The notes under the pieces are model-generated. The model ran no database searches, was not told the origin of the DNA, and worked only from the letters and a program-made list of their open reading frames with translations. From NCBI GenBank assembly GCA_035479795.1, contig DATIII010000008.1, forward strand, positions 30,487 to 94,486: a stretch of 64,000 nucleotides of DNA. The letters are read 5' to 3'. Positions 20,079 through 29,561 of the stretch are shown here, one piece after another. A program made the position numbers and the translations under genes. Source of the DNA: Candidatus Saccharimonadales bacterium (GTDB lineage: Bacteria > Patescibacteriota > Saccharimonadia > UBA4664 > SCTI01). Numbering within the stretch: the first letter of the stretch is position 1; each line of letters opens with the position of its first letter.

Positions 20079-21281
20079 CTACATCTTTGTGTCGGGATTA
20101 TAAAACTTACGACCTTTGGCCTCCGGAGGTAAGAACCCTTCGGGATGCTCAAATCCAGGCTCCCATTTGGTGCCTTTTCCGTACCCCAGATCTTTCATCA
20201 GCTTAGTTGGGGCGTTGCGGAGGTGCAGTGGCGGTTCGGCGGCCGGAAACTCTTTAACAGCCGCACTGGCAGCCGCGATGGCGTTATAAGCCGTCCGCGA
20301 TTTGGGCGCCTTGGACATGGCAATTGTGGCTTGGGAAAGGATTATTCGGCTTTCTGGAAGCCCAATCCGTTCAATAGCCTGGAAGGTGACAGTCGCCAGT
20401 TGCAGCATGGAATGATCGGCCTCCCCAATGTCCTCGGAGGCAAAGATAACGATTCGCCGCGCAATAAACTTAGGATCCTCCCCGGCGTCAAGCATCCGGG
20501 CCAGATAAAACAAGGCGGCATCCGCATCACTCCCGCGCATGGATTTGATGAAGGCTGATATTAGGTTGTAATGGAACTCGCCTCCCTTGTCATACCGCAA
20601 GCTGGTTTTTTGCATGGCCTGCTTCACCGTCTCTGGAATAATTTTATCGGCAATGCCAGCTGCGGCTTCTAGGCCATTTAGAGCCACCCGACCATCTCCC
20701 GCCGCCAACTCCGCCAGCAAAGCCCTGGCGTCTTTGGACAATTTCTTATCCGGCAACTGCGCCATTGCCCTATCAATAAGCGTCTCAATCTGCTCTGTTG
20801 TCAGTGCGTTTAGCACCACCACCCGACTGCGCGACAGTAAAGGTGAAATCACCTCAAAAGATGGGTTTTCAGTGGTGGCGCCAATCAGAATAATTGTGCC
20901 GTTTTCGACGTGGGGTAGAAAGGCATCCTGTTGGGCCTTGTTAAACCGATGGATTTCATCCACGAATAAAACGGTTGAGCGCCCCAGATTCTGACGCTCC
21001 TTGGCCCGCTCAATCACCTTTTTAACATCTGGCAGCCCCGAAACTACAGCCGAAATCTCCTCAAACGCGTGACCGCCAGTAGAGGCAATAATCCTAGCCA
21101 ACGTCGTCTTACCACTGCCGGGAGGTCCCCAGAGGATGACCGACACTGGCTTACCAGACTCAACCAGTGCACGGATAAACTTACCCGGACCAACAAGATG
21201 TTCCTGGCCAATCAATTCTTCAAGTGCTCTTGGCCGAACTCTGTCAGCTAGCGGCTGGATCTGATTCTCGAACAAACTCAT
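20079..21281 (-). CDS. rarA: Replication-associated recombination protein A (AAA+ ATPase RarA/MgsA)
   Basis: Walker A WGPPGSGKTTLARIIA, an AAA+ core and the MgsA C-terminal helical domain. Confidence 0.9.
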   Translation of the reverse strand: MSLFENQIQPLADRVRPRALEELIGQEHLVGPGKFIRALVESGKPVSVILWGPPGSGKTTLARIIASTGGHAFEEISAVVSGLPDVKKVIERAKERQNLGRSTVLFVDEIHRFNKAQQDAFLPHVENGTIILIGATTENPSFEVISPLLSRSRVVVLNALTTEQIETLIDRAMAQLPDKKLSKDARALLAELAAGDGRVALNGLEAAAGIADKIIPETVKQAMQKTSLRYDKGGEFHYNLISAFIKSMRGSDADAALFYLARMLDAGEDPKFIARRIVIFASEDIGEADHSMLQLATVTFQAIERIGLPESRIILSQATIAMSKAPKSRTAYNAIAAASAAVKEFPAAEPPLHLRNAPTKLMKDLGYGKGTKWEPGFEHPEGFLPPEAKGRKFYNPDTKM

Positions 21282-21328
21282 AGCTAAATTATACCAGAGA
21301 AGCCGAACGCCAGCCGAACATTAATATG

Positions 21329-21787
21329 CTATTCGTATGCGTGCCGTACTTGGCGATATAAGTAGATAGTGGCAAGCAGAATTAGAGTGCCACTAATGGC
21401 ATGCCCCAAAAACAAGCTATGGACCAGATGGACAACGGCCCCTAATATCAGATAGCGCCAGCCCTTCAACTGTCGCTCAAAGACGGGCCGAACAGCCATG
21501 GCGATGAGTACAAATTCGATTATTAAGCTGATGGCGGCCCCACCGATATCGGTGTCGGTTGCCGGAACCCCGATAAATTCCAGGGGCAGAGCATGAATAC
21601 CCAGGGTAACCGCCAATGCGGCTACCGGGGCGAGAATTAGAGCAAAGACCAAAACCACCCAGCCGCCGTTTTGAACCAGCCATTCCTGGGCCCAATCTGG
21701 TAGATCCCACGAATCACGCGCTTGATAGTGCTTGATGGCGGCCTGGCGACCGCTGGTTATACGCTTAACTTTGCGCTGAGTAGCCAT
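21329..21787 (-). CDS. Integral membrane protein (4 TM), unknown function
   Basis: Four hydrophobic helices; no recognisable motif. Confidence 0.5.
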   Translation of the reverse strand: MATQRKVKRITSGRQAAIKHYQARDSWDLPDWAQEWLVQNGGWVVLVFALILAPVAALAVTLGIHALPLEFIGVPATDTDIGGAAISLIIEFVLIAMAVRPVFERQLKGWRYLILGAVVHLVHSLFLGHAISGTLILLATIYLYRQVRHAYE

Positions 21788-21846
21788 TTGTCTTGATGAT
21801 ACTACTTAGGCCATATAAGCAACAAGGAACAACCCTGTTGCGGGGG

Positions 21847-22308
21847 CTATTGGCGTGAGGCCGGGATACCAGCAGCACCTTGAATGGCGTAGGTGTCGCC
21901 AAAGCCATCGGCAGCACTTGATTTGGTTGGAACGGCAATTTGTTGGCCGGCTTCGGGAGCTCCAGCCGGAATAACGATGGCTTTTGCCTGATCAGCTCTG
22001 GCCGCATCAAAGGTCGTGTTTAGAGGCAAGATGGCTCCGCCAGGCAAGCTGCTTTCGGGCGAAATTGGCCGGGTATTAAGCAAATTTACAATAATTAAGG
22101 CAATCAGAGCCAGAAACGCTGCGGCGAAGGCGATCCAAATCGCAACATAGGTGGCTGGAACCGCATCGGTATCCGCGGATCTAGGCAACGGCATTGTCCC
22201 ACCGAGTGTTTCGCGGAACTCGATGTCTCGCATTCGATTTGCCTTCTTGATTGGCCGTGGCCGCCTGTCTTTCATCTCTCGCCTCCCATTACGAGACGAG
22301 CATAACAA
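21847..22308 (-). CDS. Single-pass membrane protein with Ala/Gly/Pro-rich extracytoplasmic tail, unknown function
   Basis: Basic N-terminus, one TM (YVAIWIAFAAAFLALIALIIVNLL), then a low-complexity tail. Confidence 0.45.
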   Translation of the reverse strand: MLCSSRNGRREMKDRRPRPIKKANRMRDIEFRETLGGTMPLPRSADTDAVPATYVAIWIAFAAAFLALIALIIVNLLNTRPISPESSLPGGAILPLNTTFDAARADQAKAIVIPAGAPEAGQQIAVPTKSSAADGFGDTYAIQGAAGIPASRQ

Positions 22309-22416
22309 GCTAGACTAATCTAAGAATTGGCTGAAATTCTAAATATTAAGACGCCTACCCACCTAACTGGTATTTGTCTTTAAGCCTAAAACTAAACGAT
22401 GTTTCGTAATTCAATC

Positions 22417-22436
22417 AGAAAACCCCCTTGCGGGGG
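22417..22436 (-). terminator. Terminator/attenuator-like GC hairpin 8 nt downstream of rpsJ stop
   Basis: CCCCC-ttgc-GGGGG stem preceded by an A-run on the plus strand, giving a T-run after the hairpin on the minus strand. It shares the 11-mer TTGCGGGGGCT with 21836-21846. Confidence 0.45.
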
Positions 22437-22444
22437 CTCTTCTG

Positions 22445-22771
22445 CTACATCTTGATTTCGATATCAACGCCGGCAGGCAGATTGAGGTTCATCAGCGAGT
22501 CGACGGTCTTAGGTGTCGGTTCGGTGACGTCAATCAGCCGCTTATGCACCCTCATCTCAAACTGCTCGCGCGAGGTTTTATGGATATGTGGCCCCCGGAT
22601 AACCGTAGTCACATTACGCTCGGTTGGTAGTGGGATGGGCCCCGCCACCTGTGCGCCGGTACGAGTGGCGGCATCTAGGATTTGCTTAGCCGACTGATCA
22701 ATGACCTTATTGTCATAGGCCTTTAGCCGGATGCGGATTCGCTGTTTGGGTGCTACTTCTTTTTCAGCCAT
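22445..22771 (-). CDS. rpsJ: 30S ribosomal protein S10
   Basis: [20 protein letters not shown]… S10 sequence. Confidence 0.95.
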   Translation of the reverse strand: MAEKEVAPKQRIRIRLKAYDNKVIDQSAKQILDAATRTGAQVAGPIPLPTERNVTTVIRGPHIHKTSREQFEMRVHKRLIDVTEPTPKTVDSLMNLNLPAGVDIEIKM

Positions 22772-22917
22772 TTGTTTTAGTTTACCAGATCTGCATTAGG
22801 ATTATAGGTTTGAGCGCGTTTCAAGGCAGAACCGAGCAACACCAGCGAGGCGTACAGATAGTACGTAGTGTGCGGCGCGCCGGTTATAACGATGAAAGGT
22901 GCCAAAGCTGAATCCTT

Positions 22918-24099
22918 TTACTTGATGATCTTGGTTACTACCCCGGCGCCAACAGTGCGGCCGCCTTCGCGGATGGCGAAGCGCAGACCCTCTTCCATGG
23001 CGATAGGGGCGATTAGTTTAACTTTCATGGCGATGTTGTCGCCCGGCATAACCATCTCAGTGCCTTCTGGCAGTTCAATCTCTCCAGTCACGTCAGTAGT
23101 CCGGATGTAGAACTGCGGCTTGTAACCCTTGAAGAATGGGGTATGGCGGCCGCCTTCGTCCTTCTTTAAGACATAGACTTCGCTATCAAACTCGGTATGC
23201 GGGGTAATTGAGCCTGGCTTGGCAATAACCTGACCGCGCTCAATGTCGTCGCGCTCGATACCACGGAGCAGAACTCCCACGTTATCGCCGGCCTGGGCAT
23301 CATTAAGCAGCTTCTTGAACATCTCAACGCCGGTAACGGTAGTCTTTTTGTTGGGGCGAATGCCGATAATCTCGATTTCATCACCCACCGACACCTTACC
23401 CTGTTCAATCCTACCGGTGGCCACAGTGCCACGACCCTTGATAGAGAAGACATCTTCGATCGGCATCAGGAAAGGCTTATCAACTTCACGCTTTGGCTCC
23501 GGCACGGACTCATCCATGGCCTTAACCAGGTCAAGAATGGCCTTTTCAGCATCGGCGTCGCCTTCCAGAGCCTTGAGGGCAGAGCCCTTAATAACTGGGG
23601 CATCTTTGTCGAAGCCTTGCTTTTCAAGCAATTCACGGACTTCGATCTCCACCAGCTCAGCTAGCTCAGGATCGGCCATGTCCATCTTGTTCATAAAGAC
23701 CAAGACGTACGGCACACCAACTTGGCGAGCTAGCAAAATGTGCTCGCGAGTCTGAGGCATTGGGCCGTCAGCGGCCGAAACCACTAGAATGGCACCGTCT
23801 ACCTGGGCAGCACCAGTGATCATGTTCTTCACATAGTCAGCGTGACCAGGCATGTCGACGTGAGCGTAATGCCGCTTCTCGGACTCGTACTCCTGGTGCG
23901 AGGTGGCAATAGTAATACCACGCTGCTTCTCTTCGGGAGCGTTATCGATCTCGTCGTACTTAACTGGTTGGTTAATTTCACTCGGCATGTGCTTGGCTAG
24001 CACGGCGGTGATAGCGGCTGTCAGGGTGGTCTTACCGTGGTCGACGTGACCCATGGTACCGACGTTGACATGCGGCTTGGTGCGCTTGAATTCTGCCAT
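22918..24099 (-). CDS. tuf: Elongation factor Tu
   Basis: [17 protein letters not shown] and NKMD motifs; 393 aa. Upstream is a ~200-nt leader with a TTACAA-16-TATACT promoter-like element and an AAGGAG RBS. Confidence 0.97.
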   Translation of the reverse strand: MAEFKRTKPHVNVGTMGHVDHGKTTLTAAITAVLAKHMPSEINQPVKYDEIDNAPEEKQRGITIATSHQEYESEKRHYAHVDMPGHADYVKNMITGAAQVDGAILVVSAADGPMPQTREHILLARQVGVPYVLVFMNKMDMADPELAELVEIEVRELLEKQGFDKDAPVIKGSALKALEGDADAEKAILDLVKAMDESVPEPKREVDKPFLMPIEDVFSIKGRGTVATGRIEQGKVSVGDEIEIIGIRPNKKTTVTGVEMFKKLLNDAQAGDNVGVLLRGIERDDIERGQVIAKPGSITPHTEFDSEVYVLKKDEGGRHTPFFKGYKPQFYIRTTDVTGEIELPEGTEMVMPGDNIAMKVKLIAPIAMEEGLRFAIREGGRTVGAGVVTKIIK

Positions 24100-24271
24100 T
24101 CTTTCTCCTTATTGGACTTCATTTCAGATTGATAATCGCTTCTCGCTTGGGCGATCAGCTATCTGCCATGAAGTGGGTTGTTAATATTTTTGGACAATAA
24201 AATAAATGCCCGGGTTTGGACTTTTCATAGTATAAGGAGGAATTACACCTTTGTAAAGAGGTAAACAGGTC

Positions 24272-24297
24272 AAAAGGCGGCCCGTTATCGGACCGCC
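24272..24297 (-). terminator. Hairpin terminator after ORF 24311..24751
   Basis: GGCGGCCC-gttatc-GGACCGCC (7/8 bp), followed by a T-run on the minus strand. Confidence 0.45.
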
Positions 24298-24310
24298 CTC
24301 AACATCTGAA

Positions 24311-24751
24311 CTATAGTGGGGCCATGAAGGCCTCCGCCATCTGGAGTAAGACTACCTGTTGCTCTTTCGGCACTTCCCAGATGTCATCGAGACACCGACG
24401 AGCCTGCTCTGGTGGAACGACGATCCCGACACTTCTGAAAAAGGGCGGATCCTGTACCGTGAAACCATGGCCCATTAAGAGTCCTGCTTCGATGTCGCGA
24501 TAACTACCCGTTACCTGGGTCGGATACAGCAAAGGGAACTCTGCTGCGCCGGGTGTTCCTTGATCACGGAGAACTCTTAGGCGAGCCATCGCCTGGCCGA
24601 ACCGCTCATGATGCTCACGGCCGCTTGTATCAACCACCTTACAGCCCGCTACTGCGAGAGTGGCAATAAAGGCCTCGATGAAGTGTCGATAAATACCATC
24701 TGCATCACTGTGCTGAAGTGACATGGCACTCCCGATCTGTTGTGGTCTCAC
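24311..24751 (-). CDS. Hypothetical protein (146 aa), island gene A
   Basis: Long ORF with a terminator downstream and no recognisable motif. The start may be the internal Met MSLQHSDADGIYRHF…. Confidence 0.45.
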   Translation of the reverse strand: MRPQQIGSAMSLQHSDADGIYRHFIEAFIATLAVAGCKVVDTSGREHHERFGQAMARLRVLRDQGTPGAAEFPLLYPTQVTGSYRDIEAGLLMGHGFTVQDPPFFRSVGIVVPPEQARRCLDDIWEVPKEQQVVLLQMAEAFMAPL

Positions 24752-24897
24752 CTGGGAGGATTATAGCAAAGTACCTGATAATAAAACTCTTGTGCTGGGC
24801 TGTGGCTTTGCTAGGATTGCTCTTGCACCTTCGACAAATCACCTTCTCATAATTCCCCTCACGAATAGATCCCACGGGAAAACGAGAGGAGGTGAAC

Positions 24898-25428
24898 ATG
24901 GAACAGGAGGACGACCAGGTGGTCGACGAGCCCGAGGCCGCAACGGCCGAGGCCAGCGACGGCGTGGATAGCAGTGGCAGTGACGGCAGCGGCGAGCCCG
25001 CGGCCGAGGAGAACGACGCCGGCAACGGCGGCGAGTCCGGCGAAGACGCCGACGACGTGACCGAGGAGACCGTGGCGGAGACGCCCGAATCCGAAGTCGC
25101 CGAGGACGGCGCCGAGACCGGCGGCAACGACGGCAGTGACGACGAAGCCGAAGCTGAAGACGGCGAAGACGACGAGGTTCTGGCAGAGGAGCCCGGCGAG
25201 GACGACGAGCAGGCGGAGGACGAGACGCCGAGCCTCGAAGACGCCGTAGCGGCAAGTGAGGTAGTGACAAGCTACCTCAAGGCACAGGGTGCCGAAGCCG
25301 CAGCGGATGACGAGGTAGCTGAAGTCGAGGACGACGCGGAAGCCGAGGCCGAGGAGGAGACTCCCGAAGCCGAAGCTGAGCCCGGCGGCGGCGAGGAGCC
25401 GGCCGACGCGGACGCCAGCGCCGAGTAG
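24898..25428 (+). CDS. Hyper-acidic low-complexity protein (~176 aa, roughly 40% Asp+Glu), island gene B
   Basis: A GAGGAGG RBS lies 5 nt before ATG 24898. A perfect 11-bp terminator hairpin follows the stop. The opposite-strand ORFs in this region are Arg-rich shadows. Confidence 0.6.
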   Translation: MEQEDDQVVDEPEAATAEASDGVDSSGSDGSGEPAAEENDAGNGGESGEDADDVTEETVAETPESEVAEDGAETGGNDGSDDEAEAEDGEDDEVLAEEPGEDDEQAEDETPSLEDAVAASEVVTSYLKAQGAEAAADDEVAEVEDDAEAEAEEETPEAEAEPGGGEEPADADASAE

Positions 25429-25449
25429 ACCCTTCACGGGGGTCCCATT

Positions 25450-25480
25450 GGGGTCCGGGAGCAAATCCCGGACCCCTTTT
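25450..25480 (+). terminator. Rho-independent terminator after acidic-protein gene
   Basis: GGGGTCCGGGA-gcaaa-TCCCGGACCCC (11-bp perfect stem) followed by TTTT. Confidence 0.8.
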
Positions 25481-25490
25481 ACGTATTTAC

Positions 25491-25521
25491 TTAGGATTCA
25501 GAATTTAGGATTAAGGATCTA
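25491..25521. repeat. Left inverted repeat (TTAGGATTCAGAATTTAGGATTAAGGATCTAG), partner at 26901-26933
   Basis: The reverse complement of 26901-26933 matches at about 24 of 26 core positions. Internally it is reiterated AGGATT units. Confidence 0.6.
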
Positions 25522-25570
25522 GTTCGGAATGTATAAATGCGTTGCGGGAGGCTGAGTTGCCCCAGCCCCC

Positions 25571-25969
25571 TCAGGTGACGAACAAACGGATTTGGTCAGG
25601 ACCCGGTCGGCGCATCAAGCGCTGGAAAAACATTTCGACCACCAGGTACTCATGCAAGCCCTCTATGGCCATGACAAACTCGGGGATACCGCCGCTACAA
25701 CCGCAGCCGTAACAAGTGAATCCACCGTTGTCGTAGAGCGCCAAAGACGGAGTCCGTTCAGCGTGGAAGCAGCAATGCATAACCATGCGGTTTGACCCAG
25801 GAGTCGGCCGCTTGGCGTCTCCGGACCCGAGCTCTTCCAACCGTCGTCCAAAGTGCTCGAGGATGACCGGCCAGCCGAGACCACGCCACTCTTGGATTTG
25901 CCATTGCGGAATGAGATTGATCAGCTCGCGCTGTCGGCTGTCAGTGAGGAAATGGCGCTGGGCGGCCAT
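25571..25969 (-). CDS. CHC2 zinc-finger (DnaG-primase-type) domain protein, 132 aa, island gene C
   Basis: CCFHAERTPSLALYDNGGFTCYGCGCSGGIPEFVM matches the primase zf-CHC2 consensus CPFHxEKTPSF…CFGCGxxG…F. There is no Toprim domain, so it is a stand-alone finger or a primase fragment. Confidence 0.6.
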   Translation of the reverse strand: MAAQRHFLTDSRQRELINLIPQWQIQEWRGLGWPVILEHFGRRLEELGSGDAKRPTPGSNRMVMHCCFHAERTPSLALYDNGGFTCYGCGCSGGIPEFVMAIEGLHEYLVVEMFFQRLMRRPGPDQIRLFVT

Positions 25970-26217
25970 TAACGGCCCCAGCCAGGTTCAAAGGCCTCAA
26001 CTATGCCGAGACAGATGGTTCCGTCTTCTTTCCAGATCACACCAAATCTCCATGTCGATGTTCAAGTAGTACCCCCGTCAAGGCGATAGCCTGCAGGAAA
26101 CCACCAGGACGGGGGTGCCCAGATTATAGCTTACTGAACTCAAAATTTGACAGCACAAGCGGTTAAGCCCATACTGGCCGCAACGTAGTACCTACCATCC
26201 CAACCACAGGAGGAGAC

Positions 26218-26799
26218 GTGAGTACCACCCTCGCCACCCCACCGCAGGCCGCCATGCCGGCGGTCCTCAGGCCGCTCTCCGACATGCAGAAGCTGCTGGT
26301 GCAGCTGGCCGACCGCGAGATCGAGACCTACACCTCCAAGCAGGTGCAGACTCACAAGGATGCCTGGCGCGCACATGTCTTGCGTGTCGGCTTCATCAGG
26401 GCCATAACGCTCAGCATCATCGCTGGCTGCTGGCTGATCAGCATGATCGCTCTGTACGGCCTGGATCTGTTCGGCGTCATGAACTTCCCGATCTCCGACG
26501 GCCTCGCCGCCCTCGGCATTCTCGGCAGTATCAGTGCCGCGCTGGCTGCAGGCTTCTTCATGGGAGGCCGGTGGGTCATTTACACCTACGCCGACTACGC
26601 CACCCGCTACACCGTCCCCGACGTGGCCCGGAGGATCGCCGTCGGCGCAATGACAATCCCCGGGGTCAAGATCCACGTCGATCGCTTGAAGAGTGACCCG
26701 GTCATGTGGGCGCACCTCGGTACCGCCCAGGTCTGCATCGCCATCTGGAAGAAGCCCGGGTACCACCAGCCGCTGATCATGCCCGAGGACATCCAGTAA
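26218..26799 (+). CDS. 2-TM membrane protein with C-terminal soluble domain (193 aa), island gene D
   Basis: AGGAGG RBS 5 nt before GTG 26218. Two hydrophobic helices, and a terminator hairpin 20 nt after the stop. The long opposite-strand ORF 26140..26832 is rejected as a shadow. Confidence 0.55.
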   Translation: MSTTLATPPQAAMPAVLRPLSDMQKLLVQLADREIETYTSKQVQTHKDAWRAHVLRVGFIRAITLSIIAGCWLISMIALYGLDLFGVMNFPISDGLAALGILGSISAALAAGFFMGGRWVIYTYADYATRYTVPDVARRIAVGAMTIPGVKIHVDRLKSDPVMWAHLGTAQVCIAIWKKPGYHQPLIMPEDIQ

Positions 26800-26817
26800 C
26801 CGCCCTCGGCATGCGAA

Positions 26818-26848
26818 GGGCCCGCCAATCACGGCGGGCCCTTCTTCC
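26818..26848 (+). terminator. Rho-independent terminator after island gene D
   Basis: GGGCCCGCC-aatcac-GGCGGGCCC (9-bp perfect stem) followed by TTCTTCC. Confidence 0.7.
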
Positions 26849-26861
26849 GTTCGGGATGCGG

Positions 26862-26933
26862 GATTCAGGATACGGAATTAAGCAATAAAGTTAAAAGTGT
26901 CCTGAATCCTTAATCCTGAATTCTGGATCCTGC
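26862..26933. repeat. Compound palindrome after the fusA stop: GGATTCAGGA (26862-71) … TCCTGAATCC (26901-10), with the right inverted repeat 26901-26933
   Basis: A perfect 10-nt inverted pair separated by 29 nt. The right arm extends as TCCTGAATCCTTAATCCTGAATTCTGGATCC, the inverted partner of 25491-25521. Confidence 0.55.
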
Positions 26934-26934
26934 T

Positions 26935-29025
<2,091 letters not shown>

Positions 29026-29036
29026 TAACTTCCCTC

Positions 29037-29513
29037 TTAGTACCGCGCAAAGTGCGCGAATGCCTTATTGGCATCGGCCATGCGGTGGGTTTCTTCTTTT
29101 TTCTTGACTGCGTCACCGGTGTTGTTGAACGCATCCATCAGCTCCTGGGCCAACAGTTTGTCAAACGATTTACCAGACTTGGTGCGGGACGCGGTTAAAA
29201 TCCAGGTCATGGCTAGGTGAATCTTGCGATCTCCCCGAACTTCCATCGGCACCTGATAGGTGGCGCCACCCACCCGCTTGGCGCGTACCTGAACCTGAGG
29301 TGAAACGTTTTTAATAGCGCCCTCAAAGATCTCAACTGCTGGAGTTTTAAGTTTGGCCTCGGCATCGGCCAGGGCGTCGTACATTAACTGCTCCGCCAGC
29401 CGCTTCTTACCATGCTGCATGACCTTATTGATCATTTTGGCCACCAGCACACTCTGATATTTGATATCAGGAGTGATTTCGCGCTTAAAACTTTTAGTCT
29501 TTTTTCTGGGCAT
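29037..29513 (-). CDS. rpsG: 30S ribosomal protein S7
   Basis: S7 sequence. Confidence 0.95.
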   Translation of the reverse strand: MPRKKTKSFKREITPDIKYQSVLVAKMINKVMQHGKKRLAEQLMYDALADAEAKLKTPAVEIFEGAIKNVSPQVQVRAKRVGGATYQVPMEVRGDRKIHLAMTWILTASRTKSGKSFDKLLAQELMDAFNNTGDAVKKKEETHRMADANKAFAHFARY

Positions 29514-29561
29514 TGCTTCTCCTTATCCGGGCACTCTGGCCCGAGGATACTTAATTAATTT

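Larger units (their letters stand above)
24100..26934. other. GC-rich 2.8-kb accessory island inserted between tuf (start) and fusA (stop)
   Basis: Four ORFs with visibly GC3-rich codon usage (GAC/GAG/GCC/CTG), judged by eye and not computed, versus the roughly 50% GC flanking genes. The island contains three rho-independent hairpins plus inverted repeats at 25491-25521 and 26901-26933. Confidence 0.6.

Noticed and set aside
24900-25430. Considered a CRISPR-like or tandem-repeat array because of the reiterated GAC/GAA/GCC units
   Set aside because: The repetition is at codon level within one continuous acidic ORF. There is no regular repeat-spacer periodicity and no cas genes.
24839-25464. 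Long minus-strand ORFs (143 and 201 aa) rich in Arg/Pro across the acidic-protein gene
   Set aside because: They are mirror-image shadow frames of GAC/GAG/GCC-rich coding sequence. The plus-strand gene has the SD and the terminator.
26140-26832. 230-aa minus-strand ORF overlapping island gene D
   Set aside because: High-GC shadow frame. The plus-strand ORF has AGGAGG-N5-GTG and a downstream terminator, whereas the minus ORF has neither.
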